Numbered from the stretch's first letter, positions 20,157-30,857 are shown. The stretch: DNA of 64,000 nt from Kordiimonadales bacterium (GCA_015485385.1 WFTS01000024.1:2606-66605), one strand, 5' to 3'. Numbers and translations are program-made. Notes: generated by a model not told the origin, from the sequence alone.

Positions 20157-21848
20157 ATGGGCAAGCCCTTCATGAATGAAAAGAGCTTCACACATGTGGA
20201 TATGATGGCTGACCATATGGCTGATATGGTAAATAAGTGTGTATCGGAACACGCTTCTAAACCTGCCTTCAGTTGTGTGCTTCCTACAGGCCATTCTCAG
20301 ACACTGGATTTTAAAACAATTGGCGCATTATCAGACGCTGTGGCTGCCTATTTGCGCGAAGAAATAGGTTTGGTTCCTGGGGATGTCGTGGCGATCCAGT
20401 CTCCGAATGCGCTTGCATATCCGGTGCTGGCTTTTGGGGTTTTTAAGGCAGGGTTAACAATTACAAATATTAATCCTCTCTATACCCCCGCCGAAACGAA
20501 CCACCAGTTGAAGGACAGCGGGGCGAAAGTATGGTTTGTCATTGATTTTTTTGGTGACAGGATCGCTGAATCAACAGAAGGGAGCTCTGTAGAGTTTATT
20601 TATAAACTATCCGTTTTGGACTTTTTCCCGCCGCTGCAAAGGCATGTGTTGGGGTTTGTCATGCGCCACATTAAAAAACTGATCCCTCCGTTCCATGGAG
20701 ACTGCGCAGGCACCATGGTGGACGTTATCAAAAAAGGCCAAGCTCATTTAAAACGGGGTGCGGACCTAGCCAGTTACACCAAACATATCAGCCTAGATGA
20801 TGTTGCTTTGTATCAATATACCGGCGGAACTACGGGGCGCAGCAAAGGGGCTGAATTAACGCACCGAAATGTGGTTGCCAATATTTCTCAGACAAACTCA
20901 CTTGAAAATGGTGTTGATTGGGATGAAAGAGATGCGCTGATATTGGTCTTGCCGCTCTATCATGTCTATGCGCTGGCTGTTGGCGCATTGAACAGTATGT
21001 TTATGGGCGTGCATGTGGTGTTGGTCCCAGCACCGCGCCCCTTGGAGAACCTCAAGCCTGTTTTCTCTAAATTTGATATAACGCTCATGCCGGGCGTGAA
21101 TACCTTGTATGTTGGGCTGTTGCAGCAAAACTGGTTCACCGAAAATCCACCAAAAAGCTTGAGGGTTTGCATGAGTGGTGCAGCGCCACTGCAAGCGGCA
21201 ACAGCAAAGGCATGGCAGGACCTTACTGGCATTGAAATTTATGAAGGCTACGGACTAACCGAAGGCACTTGTGTTATAGCCACCATGCCTTTTGACAAGC
21301 CTCCAAAACGCGGCACCTGCGGTATTCCTATTCCAGGAACAAGCGTGCGGATCGTTGATGAGAACGGCAAAGACATGGCAGTGGGCGAGGCAGGTGAATT
21401 ATGGTTGAAGGGTCCACAAATCATGAGGGGCTATTTGAACAGCCCAGACGCCAATGAAGTCTCATTTTCTGACGGCTGGCTCAAGACAGGCGATATTGCC
21501 GTTATGGATGAGGACGGATACTTATCCATAGTTGACCGCATCAAGGACATGGTGATCGTATCAGGGTTTAATGTCTATCCTACTGATATTGAAGATGTTT
21601 TGACCCTAAACCCACAGGTAGATGAAGCCGCTGTCATTGGTGTTTCCGACAGCAAAACCGGTGAACAGGTTGTGGCCTATGTGGTTGCAAAAAATAATGC
21701 TGTAACGGCGGAAAGTATCATTGAACACTGCAAAGAACACTTGACCAACTATAAAGTTCCGAAGACGGTGTGTTTTGTTGATGCCCTACCAAAATCACCC
21801 GTTGGGAAAATTCTGCGACGGGAACTCAGGGATCAGCATTCGCAGTAA
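20157..21848 (+). CDS. fadD: Long-chain-fatty-acid--CoA ligase (FadD-like)
   Basis: QYTGGTTGRSKGA, EGYGLTE, LKTGDIA, DRIKDMVIVSGFNVYP, PKSPVGKILRR. Confidence 0.85.
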   Translation: MGKPFMNEKSFTHVDMMADHMADMVNKCVSEHASKPAFSCVLPTGHSQTLDFKTIGALSDAVAAYLREEIGLVPGDVVAIQSPNALAYPVLAFGVFKAGLTITNINPLYTPAETNHQLKDSGAKVWFVIDFFGDRIAESTEGSSVEFIYKLSVLDFFPPLQRHVLGFVMRHIKKLIPPFHGDCAGTMVDVIKKGQAHLKRGADLASYTKHISLDDVALYQYTGGTTGRSKGAELTHRNVVANISQTNSLENGVDWDERDALILVLPLYHVYALAVGALNSMFMGVHVVLVPAPRPLENLKPVFSKFDITLMPGVNTLYVGLLQQNWFTENPPKSLRVCMSGAAPLQAATAKAWQDLTGIEIYEGYGLTEGTCVIATMPFDKPPKRGTCGIPIPGTSVRIVDENGKDMAVGEAGELWLKGPQIMRGYLNSPDANEVSFSDGWLKTGDIAVMDEDGYLSIVDRIKDMVIVSGFNVYPTDIEDVLTLNPQVDEAAVIGVSDSKTGEQVVAYVVAKNNAVTAESIIEHCKEHLTNYKVPKTVCFVDALPKSPVGKILRRELRDQHSQ

Positions 21849-21870
21849 CGCTAGCAAGTTAGGGTGGGGC

Positions 21871-22626
21871 ATGGATTTAGGATTAAAGGGCAAACGCCTG
21901 TTGATATCAGGTGGAACACGCGGCATTGGCGCGGCTATTGTTGATCTGTTTTTAGGGGAAGGAGCCCAAGTGGCTTTTTGTGCACGCAGCGCTGATGAAG
22001 TGCAGGCGCGTGTTGCAGCGCTGAGGGACCAGGGCCATAAAGTTGATGGCAGCGTTTGTGATGTGAGCGATGCAGAAGCCTATCAGGCATGGATTGAAGG
22101 CGCTATTGAGGGGCTTGGCGGTCTTGATGTGTTTGTCCCTAATGTTAGCGGCGGTGCAGCCCAAGGGGAAGCAGGCTGGAAGGCGGCCTTTGATGTTGAT
22201 TTGATGGCAACAGTGCGTGGCTGTGAAGCCGTTCTGCCGCATTTGTCTGCAACCGGCGGCAATATAGTTGTGATCGCCAGCATAGCGGGGCTAGAGGCCA
22301 CAGGTGGGCCATCCCCATACAACACAGCCAAAGCGGGCCTTGTTGCCTATGCAAGTCAGCTAGGCGAGGTTGCAGGCCAGCACGGGGTGCGTGTCAATAC
22401 CGTATCACCAGGTCCCATTTATGTTGAGGATGGCTTTTGGGGCGATGTAAAGCGTAATCATCCTGAGATGTACCAAGCGATATGTGCGCGTCATGGAAGT
22501 GGGCGCCTTGGTTCGGTTGAAGAAGTGGCAAACTGTGTTGCCTTTTTAGCAAGCCGTGCCGCCTCATGGGTCACGCGCAGCAATTTAATCGTTGACGGTG
22601 GTTTTTGCCAGCGTGTTCAATTTTAG
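21871..22626 (+). CDS. Short-chain dehydrogenase/reductase
   Basis: SGGTRGIG, YNTAK, VNTVSPG. ATG at 21871. Confidence 0.87.
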   Translation: MDLGLKGKRLLISGGTRGIGAAIVDLFLGEGAQVAFCARSADEVQARVAALRDQGHKVDGSVCDVSDAEAYQAWIEGAIEGLGGLDVFVPNVSGGAAQGEAGWKAAFDVDLMATVRGCEAVLPHLSATGGNIVVIASIAGLEATGGPSPYNTAKAGLVAYASQLGEVAGQHGVRVNTVSPGPIYVEDGFWGDVKRNHPEMYQAICARHGSGRLGSVEEVANCVAFLASRAASWVTRSNLIVDGGFCQRVQF

Positions 22627-22642
22627 ATCAGTTGCCTAAAGT

Positions 22643-22665
22643 AGCCCCTTTAGGTTGGGCTTTAT
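22643..22665 (+). terminator. Possible weak intrinsic terminator after the lipid cluster
   Basis: AGCCC-9 nt-GGGCT followed by a T-rich tail. Confidence 0.35.
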
Positions 22666-22677
22666 TATATTCTTAAC
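22662..22677 (+). promoter_or_regulatory. CtrA-like box (1 mismatch) upstream of the hybrid kinase
   Basis: TTAT-TATATTC-TTAAC versus the consensus TTAA-N7-TTAAC. The context is AT-rich. Confidence 0.35.
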
Positions 22678-22726
22678 CTATACAAGCTAATTTTTTGAGC
22701 TGATTTGGTGATTTCATTGGGACAGA

Positions 22727-24514
22727 ATGAAGCAAGTACTTAGAGCAATCCCTTGGATAATGGCCTTGACCGCCTTTCTAGGCGCGACATTGGCATTTTA
22801 TCTGATAGAGGGGCAGTCAATTGGCTATTTGCCGGCACTTGCCGCAGGGCTTTTTGGTGGCTTAGGCGGAGTGATGTTGCAGATGGCGGTAGAGCGCCAC
22901 ACAGTGCAGCCTGAGCGTGCGTTTCTTGAGGCGCTTTATTTATATTTAGAAGGTGATTTCTCACATAAAGCTGCTGACGACGAAGACCTTCAGGATCGTC
23001 CTGATCTGCAAGAGGCGCTTGACGCAATCAAAGATGCAGCGGCGCGTGCGAAAGCCCGTCTGATTGAGTTTACGGAAATAGAGCAGAACCTTCAGCAGGT
23101 TGTTCAAGATAAACGTCGCAATGAGGCTGTTTTGAAAGAACAGCGTGAGGCATTTGCTAAATTGGCGAATGAGCTTTCAAAGGCGCGCGATGCCGCTGAA
23201 ACTGCAAATGTCGCCAAATCTGAATTTCTAGCGACCATGAGCCATGAAATTCGCACACCGCTTAACGGCGTTATTGGCATGATTGATCTTTTGATGGACA
23301 CAGGTCTTAGTCAAGATCAGCATCATTTTGCACAAACATTACAACAATCTGGACAAAACCTGCTGGCGGTGATCAATGATATTTTGGATATTTCCAAGCT
23401 GGAAGCTGGAAAAGTCGAACTGGAAAATCACGCGACCCGTTTGGATTGGATCATGGCGGATGCAGTTCGGTTTTTAGGGCCACGCGCAAAGGAAAAAGAC
23501 CTTGATGTGCGTTGGCAAGCCGAGGAAAAAATCCCGGAAGTTATCGTCACAGATGCGACACGGTTACGACAGGTACTTTTTAATTTGGTCGGGAATGCGA
23601 TTAAATTTACAGAAAAAGGCCGGGTGATTGTTCGGGCGGAACATGTCATGGAGACCCGTGATGATCATGTGATTAAAATATCTGTGGTTGATACTGGTAT
23701 CGGGATTTCTGAAGATGCGCAGCGCCGTTTGTTCCAAAAATTTACTCAGGCTGATGCGTCGACAACGCGACGTTTTGGGGGAACGGGGCTTGGGCTGGCA
23801 ATTTGCAAGCAATTAAGCACACTATTGGGCGGTGAAATTGGTGTGGAAAGCGTCTCTGGTCTGGGGTCAACCTTTTGGTTTACCTTCCGCTGTAAAGAGG
23901 GCTCTTTTGAGGATTTACCGCAAAATTCTGCTTTTGGTGACCGCGAAACTCCGGTGGTGGTTGAGACCAAAAAAGCGCTGGACATATTGGTTGCAGACGA
24001 CAATCTAATCAATCAACGTATCTTAGCGAATATGCTTGGCAAGCTCGGGCATAAAATTACGGCTGTTGTAAATGGGGCAGAGGCCTGTAGCGAGGCCGAG
24101 AAAAAGCTGTATGACGTTATATTGATGGATGTGCATATGCCGGTACTAGGGGGCATAGACGCAACAAAATGGATACGTGCTATGGATGGGAATTCTGCCT
24201 CTGTTCCTATAGTGGGCTGCACGGCAGATGCCTTTCCTGAACAGTTGGAACGATTTAGGCAATCGGGTATGGATGATGTGGTTACCAAACCAATTAACCG
24301 GCGTCGTTTGTTGAGCGTCATAAATCAGGTTGTTGGCGAGGATGTTCATGTTTTTGTCGAAGCCGAGGAAGATAATTTTGCAGGCAACGGTATGTTCAGG
24401 GAGCCAGATATGCCCAAGCAGGTGGCAAGTGCAGACAAAGGCGCTGAAGGCGTGTCTGCACAGCCGGCAAAGTCATTAGATCCATTAGGGTCCTTACTTG
24501 AAGAATTGAAATGA
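22727..24514 (+). CDS. Membrane-anchored hybrid histidine kinase/response regulator (HisKA-HATPase-REC)
   Basis: Two N-terminal TM helices, a coiled coil, [33 protein letters not shown], and a REC domain ([18 protein letters not shown]). Confidence 0.92.
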   Translation: MKQVLRAIPWIMALTAFLGATLAFYLIEGQSIGYLPALAAGLFGGLGGVMLQMAVERHTVQPERAFLEALYLYLEGDFSHKAADDEDLQDRPDLQEALDAIKDAAARAKARLIEFTEIEQNLQQVVQDKRRNEAVLKEQREAFAKLANELSKARDAAETANVAKSEFLATMSHEIRTPLNGVIGMIDLLMDTGLSQDQHHFAQTLQQSGQNLLAVINDILDISKLEAGKVELENHATRLDWIMADAVRFLGPRAKEKDLDVRWQAEEKIPEVIVTDATRLRQVLFNLVGNAIKFTEKGRVIVRAEHVMETRDDHVIKISVVDTGIGISEDAQRRLFQKFTQADASTTRRFGGTGLGLAICKQLSTLLGGEIGVESVSGLGSTFWFTFRCKEGSFEDLPQNSAFGDRETPVVVETKKALDILVADDNLINQRILANMLGKLGHKITAVVNGAEACSEAEKKLYDVILMDVHMPVLGGIDATKWIRAMDGNSASVPIVGCTADAFPEQLERFRQSGMDDVVTKPINRRRLLSVINQVVGEDVHVFVEAEEDNFAGNGMFREPDMPKQVASADKGAEGVSAQPAKSLDPLGSLLEELK

Positions 24515-24594
24515 TATTTATAAGCTACGGCACGCAAAAGTGATTTTTTGACGGTGTGAATAGGCACTTTGATCACGCCAAATCAGGGGGATAT

Positions 24595-26364
24595 ATGCGT
24601 ATTTTAAGAATACTCACTCTGGCGATTTTATCGGCCGGTGTTTTTGCACTTGGATCGGCTTCTGCCCAAACAGGCGCGAGCGACGACCTTGCAAAGCTAA
24701 TGCAAGACGAACGTGCCTTTTATTATCGGGAGAATCCGGGGACCGGCCCGCGAGATGCGCCCCGCGTGGTTGCTCGGGAAATGCGCCGTGTAACGCCTCA
24801 AGACCAAACTCGCCGAAGCAATACCATCAAAGCTCTGCTTGTTAGACTGGGAAAAATTGATGAGGCCCAATTGGATCAAGAGGGGCAGCTAAATTATACG
24901 CTTTTGCAATATAAGCTCAAGAATGACCTGTTGTTCTTAAAATACAGGACATGGCGTTTGCCGTTGATGAGTGATAGCGGATTTCACACGTCACCTGCTC
25001 GCATGTGGCGGGCGATTAATTTCCAGAGCATCAATGATTACGACGCCTATATCGCACGGCTGACAGATATCCCGCGCTATTTGAAAGAAAATATCGCCAA
25101 TATGCGCCTTGGTATGGCGGAGGGCTTTACCATGCCCAAGGTTGTCCTAGATGGCTTGCTGCCAACTTTCAGGGCGCTAGTGGTAACACGCGCCCAAGAT
25201 AGTTCCTTCTATAAGCCTTTTGAACAAATGGCCGCAGGGCTAAGTGCGTCTGATACCGCAGCCCTTCGTAAGCGCGCAAAAAAAGTTATTATGGGCGAAG
25301 TTGTCCCGGCATATACCATGCTGGCTGAGTTCATTGAAAATGAATATTATCCTTCGGCGCGCACCAGTTTGGGGGCTTCAACTATGCCAGGCGGGGCAGA
25401 GTATTATGAAGCAATGGTGCGTTATTATACCACCATTGATATCAGCGCTGACGAAGTGCATCAGCTAGGCTTAAATGAGGTAGCGCGAATTCGTTCTGAG
25501 ATGGAATCCGTTATTAAAGAAAGCGGTTTTGAGGGAAGCTTTTCTGATTTCCTGACGTTTCTGCGCACCGACCCGCAATTTTACGCCAAGAGCGAAAAAG
25601 AACTTTTGATGACGGCGAGCTATATCGCTAAGTTAATTGACGGACGTTTACCCAAGCTGTTTAAGGTGTTGCCGCGTCAGCCTTACGGTGTTGAAGCTGT
25701 GCCTGCGGCTCTTGCTCCAAATTATACCACAGGGCGGTATTTTGGAGCGCCGCTTAATGCGCCGCGAGGTGGGTATTATTGGGTCAACACATATGCGCTT
25801 GATAAACGCCCTTTATATAATATTCCAGCCTTAACACTGCATGAAGCTGTACCGGGGCATCATCTACAGATCGCTCTGGCTAAAGAGTTGGAAAACGTAC
25901 CTCAGTTTCGGCTTGATATGTATCCACACGCTTTTGGTGAAGGCTGGGGTTTATATTCTGAAAAGCTCGGTTTGGAGCTTGGAGTTTACAAAACGCCGTA
26001 TGATCATTTCGGGCGGTTGTCCTATGAGATGTGGCGCGCATGTCGGCTAGTGATTGATACAGGCATCCATGCGAAGGGCTGGACTCGTGATCAGGCGATC
26101 AAGTTGCTAGAAGAAAATTCTGCACTATCAACCCACAATATCCGCACAGAAGTTGACCGTTATATCTCGTGGCCGGGGCAAGCGTTGGCTTATAAAATGG
26201 GTGAATTAAAATTGCTTGAGTTGCGGGCAAAAGCGACTGCGGCCTTAGGCGATAAGTTTGATGTACGCGATTTTCATGCACGCGTTATGTCAGCTGGTGG
26301 AATTCCTCTCTTTCTTTTAGAGGAGAGGATCGACAGCTGGATTGCTGCTGAGCTGGAGCGTTAA
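24595..26364 (+). CDS. DUF885 family secreted protein (putative zinc metallopeptidase-like)
   Basis: Signal peptide (ALGSASA), HEAVPGHHLQ, EGWGLYSE, EVDRYISWPGQALAYKMG. Confidence 0.85.
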   Translation: MRILRILTLAILSAGVFALGSASAQTGASDDLAKLMQDERAFYYRENPGTGPRDAPRVVAREMRRVTPQDQTRRSNTIKALLVRLGKIDEAQLDQEGQLNYTLLQYKLKNDLLFLKYRTWRLPLMSDSGFHTSPARMWRAINFQSINDYDAYIARLTDIPRYLKENIANMRLGMAEGFTMPKVVLDGLLPTFRALVVTRAQDSSFYKPFEQMAAGLSASDTAALRKRAKKVIMGEVVPAYTMLAEFIENEYYPSARTSLGASTMPGGAEYYEAMVRYYTTIDISADEVHQLGLNEVARIRSEMESVIKESGFEGSFSDFLTFLRTDPQFYAKSEKELLMTASYIAKLIDGRLPKLFKVLPRQPYGVEAVPAALAPNYTTGRYFGAPLNAPRGGYYWVNTYALDKRPLYNIPALTLHEAVPGHHLQIALAKELENVPQFRLDMYPHAFGEGWGLYSEKLGLELGVYKTPYDHFGRLSYEMWRACRLVIDTGIHAKGWTRDQAIKLLEENSALSTHNIRTEVDRYISWPGQALAYKMGELKLLELRAKATAALGDKFDVRDFHARVMSAGGIPLFLLEERIDSWIAAELER

Positions 26365-26471
26365 GCTTTATAGAATATTTTTTCTGTCTCACGCATATTT
26401 TAGTTGCAATGTTTCTTGAAATATAGAAAAGCCAAGCCATGTAAGAACAAGTTTCTTTTATGGAGGATGTG

Positions 26472-27473
26472 ATGGCGAACTATACTGGGGCTCTCGCGGC
26501 GATTGGCAACACACCGTTGCTTAAATTGAAATATGCGTCAGAATTGACGGGCTGCACAATTCTCGGCAAGGCGGAATATGCCAATCCTGGGGGGTCATTG
26601 AAGGACCGTCCTGCTTTAAATATTATTGAAGATGCCGAAAAAAAAGGCCTCTTAGAACCGGGCGGTCTGATAGTTGAAGGCACGGCGGGGAATACAGGTA
26701 TTGGTCTATCTGTTGTTGCGAACGCGAAGGGGTATCGCACTTTGATAGTGATGCCTGAAACCCAAAGCCAAGAAAAAATTGATACTATTCGCATTATGGG
26801 CGCCGATCTGAGGCTTGTTCCTGCTGCACCATATTCAAACCCCAATAACTTTCAAAAAGTAGCAAAACGTCTTGCAGAGGAATTGTCTGCAACCGAACAA
26901 CATGGAGTGATTTGGGCCAATCAGTTTGATAATGTTGCAAACCGTGAGGCTCACATAAAAACCACTGCACGGGAGATTTGGAAGCAAACCGATGGTAAGA
27001 TCGACGGTTTTATATCGGCGATTGGATCGGGTGGGTCGCTGGTTGGTACAGGCATGGGGCTCAAAGAATTTAACAAAGGCATTCAAGTCGCTCTTGCAGA
27101 CCCTATGGGAGCCGCCATGTACAGCTATTTTAAAACTGGTGAGCTGAAATCTGAAGGGACTTCAATCACCGAGGGCATAGGGCAGGGCCGAGTAACCGCT
27201 AATATTGAGGGCGCCCCCATAGATGATGCGTTTCAAATTACCGATAATGAAGCGCTGCCAGTGGCTTTTGATCTATTAAAGCGGGAAGGCCTGTGTGTTG
27301 GATCATCAACTGGGATAAATGTTGCTGGTGCCATCAAGCTTGCACAAAAAATGGGCCCAGGCCACACGATTGTCACACTGCTGTGTGACAGCGGTTTAAG
27401 GTATCAGTCTAAGATGTTTAACCCTGATTTTTTGCGCAGTAAAAATTTGCCTGTACCCGGCTGGCTTAATTAG
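26472..27473 (+). CDS. cysK: Cysteine synthase A
   Basis: KAEYANPGGSLKDR (PLP Lys), EGTAGNTG, GSGGS. GGAGG RBS before ATG 26472. Confidence 0.88.
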   Translation: MANYTGALAAIGNTPLLKLKYASELTGCTILGKAEYANPGGSLKDRPALNIIEDAEKKGLLEPGGLIVEGTAGNTGIGLSVVANAKGYRTLIVMPETQSQEKIDTIRIMGADLRLVPAAPYSNPNNFQKVAKRLAEELSATEQHGVIWANQFDNVANREAHIKTTAREIWKQTDGKIDGFISAIGSGGSLVGTGMGLKEFNKGIQVALADPMGAAMYSYFKTGELKSEGTSITEGIGQGRVTANIEGAPIDDAFQITDNEALPVAFDLLKREGLCVGSSTGINVAGAIKLAQKMGPGHTIVTLLCDSGLRYQSKMFNPDFLRSKNLPVPGWLN

Positions 27474-27940
27474 GCGGGTTTTACAATCGGTAGACGGGTG
27501 CGCTTTAAAACGGTTCTAAGCGCAAAGCTTGAATGAACCCGGTCTACACCTGGTAGCCGGGTAAGGATGTTATGGACACGCTCATAATCAGGGGCATCCG
27601 ATACCACCACTCGGATCATATAATCCACATCACCTCCCATTAGATAACATTCCATGACTTCAGGGACTTCCGCGACAGCGCGCTCAAACGCACCAAGCTT
27701 TTCTTCCTGCTGTTTTTCTAGAGATACACGGACGAACACTGTGCCGGGCAAGCCGACAGAGCCAGCATCAAGATGTGCGGCATAGTGAGTGATGGCCCCA
27801 TTATCATGCAGGTTTTTTACACGCCGCAAGCAGGCGCTTTCTGATAAGCCAACGCGTTCAGCAAGGTCTACATTGGAAAGCTTTCCATCCTTTTGAAGCT
27901 CTTCTAAAATGGCATAATTTATCTTGTCGAGTTTTATCAT
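27470..27940 (-). CDS. Lrp/AsnC family regulator, divergent from ald (AldR-like)
   Basis: HTH LAERVGLSESACLRRVK and ECYLMGGDVDY. Confidence 0.92.
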   Translation of the reverse strand: MIKLDKINYAILEELQKDGKLSNVDLAERVGLSESACLRRVKNLHDNGAITHYAAHLDAGSVGLPGTVFVRVSLEKQQEEKLGAFERAVAEVPEVMECYLMGGDVDYMIRVVVSDAPDYERVHNILTRLPGVDRVHSSFALRTVLKRTRLPIVKPA

Positions 27941-28016
27941 TAACTTTATCTTGCGTTAAAATGTTAAAATTAAGGCATTTCTTGCAATTAATAGGGTAAC
28001 ATTACAAACCTTTGCA
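27940..28016. promoter_or_regulatory. Phased Lrp/AsnC-type sites in the lrp-ald divergent promoter
   Basis: A T-rich stretch followed by TTGC recurs at 27951, 27982 and 28012 (spacing 31 and 30 bp). Confidence 0.4.
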
Positions 28017-28110
28017 AGGACATTCGACAGTCTTTTGGATAGATTAGCGCAAAGATGTTAACCGCTCTCAAGCGGCGGGTTGCGCATATCTATATATTAT
28101 GGAGGGACTG

Positions 28111-29229
28111 ATGCTTGTTGGTGTACCAAAAGAGATTAAAAACCGTGAATACCGTGTCGGTTTGACCCCCGCATCAGTGCGGGAACTGATCGCAAATGGA
28201 CACAGCGTTCATGTGCAGCATAACGCTGGTTACGAAATTGGTTTTACAAATGAAATGTACGAGGCTGTTGGCGCCACCATTATCAGGTCAGCCGCTGACA
28301 TCTTTGCTGCTGCTGATATGATTGTAAAAGTTAAAGAACCTCAGCCGGTTGAGTGTGAAATGCTGCGCGAAGGCCAAATTTTATATACATATTTGCATCT
28401 TGCACCTGACGCTACGCAAACCCAAGCGCTGATCAAATCTGGCTCTGTCGCGATTGCATATGAGACAGTGACCGATGATTTTGGCGGTCTGCCATTGCTG
28501 GCGCCTATGTCAGAAGTCGCGGGGCGTATGTCGATTCAGGCGGGTGCCCATGCTCTTGAGATGAGCCAAGGCGGGTGCGGAACCTTACTTGGTGGGGTGC
28601 CCGGAGTTGAGCCGGCAAAAGTGACCATTATCGGAGGAGGTGTTGTTGGCACCAATGCCGCGCGTATGGCTGTTGGAATGGGTGCCGATGTTGTGATCCT
28701 TGATCGCTCTATCAGGCGCATGCAGCAGTTGGATGATATTTTCCAAGGTCGCATTAAAACCGTCTATTCAACACAGGATGCCGTGGAAGAGAATGTTCTT
28801 GCGGCTGATCTTACGATTGGTGCGGTCCTAATTCCAGGCGCAGCGGCACCAAAATTAGTCTCGCGTGATTTGATCTCACGGATGAAACGCGGCGCGGTGC
28901 TGGTAGATGTTGCGATTGACCAAGGTGGTTGCTTTGAAACCTCGAAGGCTACCACGCATGAAGATCCAACCTATATTATAGATGAAGTCGTCCATTACTG
29001 TGTTGCAAATATGCCGGGCGGCGTAGCGCGCACGTCAACATTGGCTTTAAATAATGCGACGCTGCGCCATGCGGTAGCGATTGCCAACAAGGGCTGGAGA
29101 AAAGCCCTTTTGGATGATGAACATCTATTGCACGGACTGAATGTTTGTGAGGGAAAAATAACGTATCAAGCTGTGGCGCGTGATCAAGGGCTAGAGTATG
29201 TTGCCGCGAAGGATGCTATTGGTTGCTAA
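28111..29229 (+). CDS. ald: Alanine dehydrogenase
   Basis: [48 protein letters not shown]. Confidence 0.96.
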   Translation: MLVGVPKEIKNREYRVGLTPASVRELIANGHSVHVQHNAGYEIGFTNEMYEAVGATIIRSAADIFAAADMIVKVKEPQPVECEMLREGQILYTYLHLAPDATQTQALIKSGSVAIAYETVTDDFGGLPLLAPMSEVAGRMSIQAGAHALEMSQGGCGTLLGGVPGVEPAKVTIIGGGVVGTNAARMAVGMGADVVILDRSIRRMQQLDDIFQGRIKTVYSTQDAVEENVLAADLTIGAVLIPGAAAPKLVSRDLISRMKRGAVLVDVAIDQGGCFETSKATTHEDPTYIIDEVVHYCVANMPGGVARTSTLALNNATLRHAVAIANKGWRKALLDDEHLLHGLNVCEGKITYQAVARDQGLEYVAAKDAIGC

Positions 29230-29253
29230 ACAAGTTTACTGCAGAAGGTTGGC

Positions 29254-30237
29254 ATGACTAATTTACCCCATATTCAGGTGTTTGCGCTCGGCGGCACCAT
29301 TGCAATGGCTTCAGATAATACGTCTGATGCTAATGCTGGAGCTGTGCCAAATTTAGACGCTGAAGCGTTGGTTAAGGCAGTACCTGAGTTAGCGGAAATA
29401 GCAGATATAACGGCAAAGACATTGGCTGTAGCGGCCAGCGCAAACTTGAATTATTCTAAAATTTCTGATCTTTGTAAACAAGTTGAGGCGGGCTCGGCGG
29501 ATGGGTATGTGATCACCCAAGGAACGGATACCCTTGAAGAAAGCGCATTTTTGGCGAGCTTGATATATCAGGGCGATCAACCGCTGATTTTTACCGGTGC
29601 TATGCGCACACCGAGCCAGCTTAGTGCCGATGGACCGTCTAACCTTTATAACGCAGTATTAACAGCTTGCGCTTTGGAAGGCGGCGTTTATGTGGTTATG
29701 AATGGTGATATTCATGATCCATGGCATGTTAGAAAAGGCCATACGAGTGATGTGTCCTCATTTACATCCGGTGAAGTCGGGCCTGTTGGTTACTTGGTGG
29801 AGGGCGCGGTGCATTTGCGTACGCATGAACAGCAGGCCCCCCTAGAGCCGCTTGGTAGTAATCAACCAAAACCAGTCGCGTTGTTAACAGCTAGTCTTGG
29901 AGATGATGCCCGTCTCTTGGAACAGGTTATCGGTGCTGGCTACAAAGGCCTTGTGATTGAGGCTTTTGGGGCAGGGCACCTATCAGAAGCGTGGGCAGAT
30001 GCTGTTGAGACGATCGCGCAAGACATTCCAGTTATTCTTTGTAGTCGCTGTCAAAACGGCACCGTGTTTGAGCGTACCTATGGATACAAAGGCGCAGAGA
30101 TTGATCTGATGTCTAGGGGGCTTGTGCCTGCCGGGCAAATAAAAAGCCGCAAGGCGCGGCTTCTACTATCCGTGCTTCTCGCGGATGAACAGCAAGACTG
30201 GCACGCTCGTTTTTTGGCAATCAAAGCCAGCTTTTAA
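29254..30237 (+). CDS. L-asparaginase/glutaminase family
   Basis: ALGGTIA, TQGTDTLEE, TGAMR, DGPSNL, KGHT. Confidence 0.88.
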   Translation: MTNLPHIQVFALGGTIAMASDNTSDANAGAVPNLDAEALVKAVPELAEIADITAKTLAVAASANLNYSKISDLCKQVEAGSADGYVITQGTDTLEESAFLASLIYQGDQPLIFTGAMRTPSQLSADGPSNLYNAVLTACALEGGVYVVMNGDIHDPWHVRKGHTSDVSSFTSGEVGPVGYLVEGAVHLRTHEQQAPLEPLGSNQPKPVALLTASLGDDARLLEQVIGAGYKGLVIEAFGAGHLSEAWADAVETIAQDIPVILCSRCQNGTVFERTYGYKGAEIDLMSRGLVPAGQIKSRKARLLLSVLLADEQQDWHARFLAIKASF

Positions 30238-30283
30238 AAGACACCCTGCGGGAGGCTTCAGACCACTATGTCTGGATCTCCCA

Positions 30284-30736
30284 TTAAGTATGGACTTGAA
30301 TATCTCTCAGTTTGTCTAATAGCATGTTCAATTGCTGTTGCTCGTCGGGGGTGAAATTTTCTAGAATTTTTTCCTCATACCCAAGGGCGATCGGTACGAC
30401 TTGAGCATAAATATCTTCCCCTGACTTCGATAGCCTTAGCACCGAGCGGCGTTTGTCTTCGGGCGAAAAGCTGCGTGTGATACGCTTGGTATCCAGTAGT
30501 TTTTTAACAGCCCTTGATACGGCTACTTTGTCCATCGCTGTGCGATCAGCGACTTGGCCTGCTGATAAATCAGGCTCACCACCCAATACCGCCATAACCC
30601 GCCATTCTGAAAGGTTTAATTGGAATTTTTCCTCATAACCATCCGCAATGGAGCGGCTAATTCTGTTGGACACAGTCGCAAGCCGGTAAGGTAAGAAATC
30701 GCCTAGTATCAGTTTTACGTCAGATATTTTTTTCAT
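30284..30736 (-). CDS. MarR family regulator of Phe/Tyr catabolism
   Basis: FLPYRL, EWRVMAVL, MDKVAVSRAV, DKRR winged HTH. ATG at 30736 after GAGGA; divergent from hppD. Confidence 0.88.
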   Translation of the reverse strand: MKKISDVKLILGDFLPYRLATVSNRISRSIADGYEEKFQLNLSEWRVMAVLGGEPDLSAGQVADRTAMDKVAVSRAVKKLLDTKRITRSFSPEDKRRSVLRLSKSGEDIYAQVVPIALGYEEKILENFTPDEQQQLNMLLDKLRDIQVHT

Positions 30737-30762
30737 AAATTCCTCAATGTCATGCTTGCTAT

Positions 30763-30821
30763 TAGTTTCTGGTGTAACTATTATAATTACAAGCAAAAAA
30801 TGAGCATATTTCTCATATGCT
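30763..30821. promoter_or_regulatory. Two dyad elements in the marR-hppD divergent promoter (candidate operators)
   Basis: TAGTT-TCTGGTGT-AACTA (30763-30780) and AGCATAT-TTCTC-ATATGCT (30803-30821). Confidence 0.45.
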
Positions 30822-30857
30822 ATTCTTACATACATATACCAGAAGGAGTTGTGAAGC

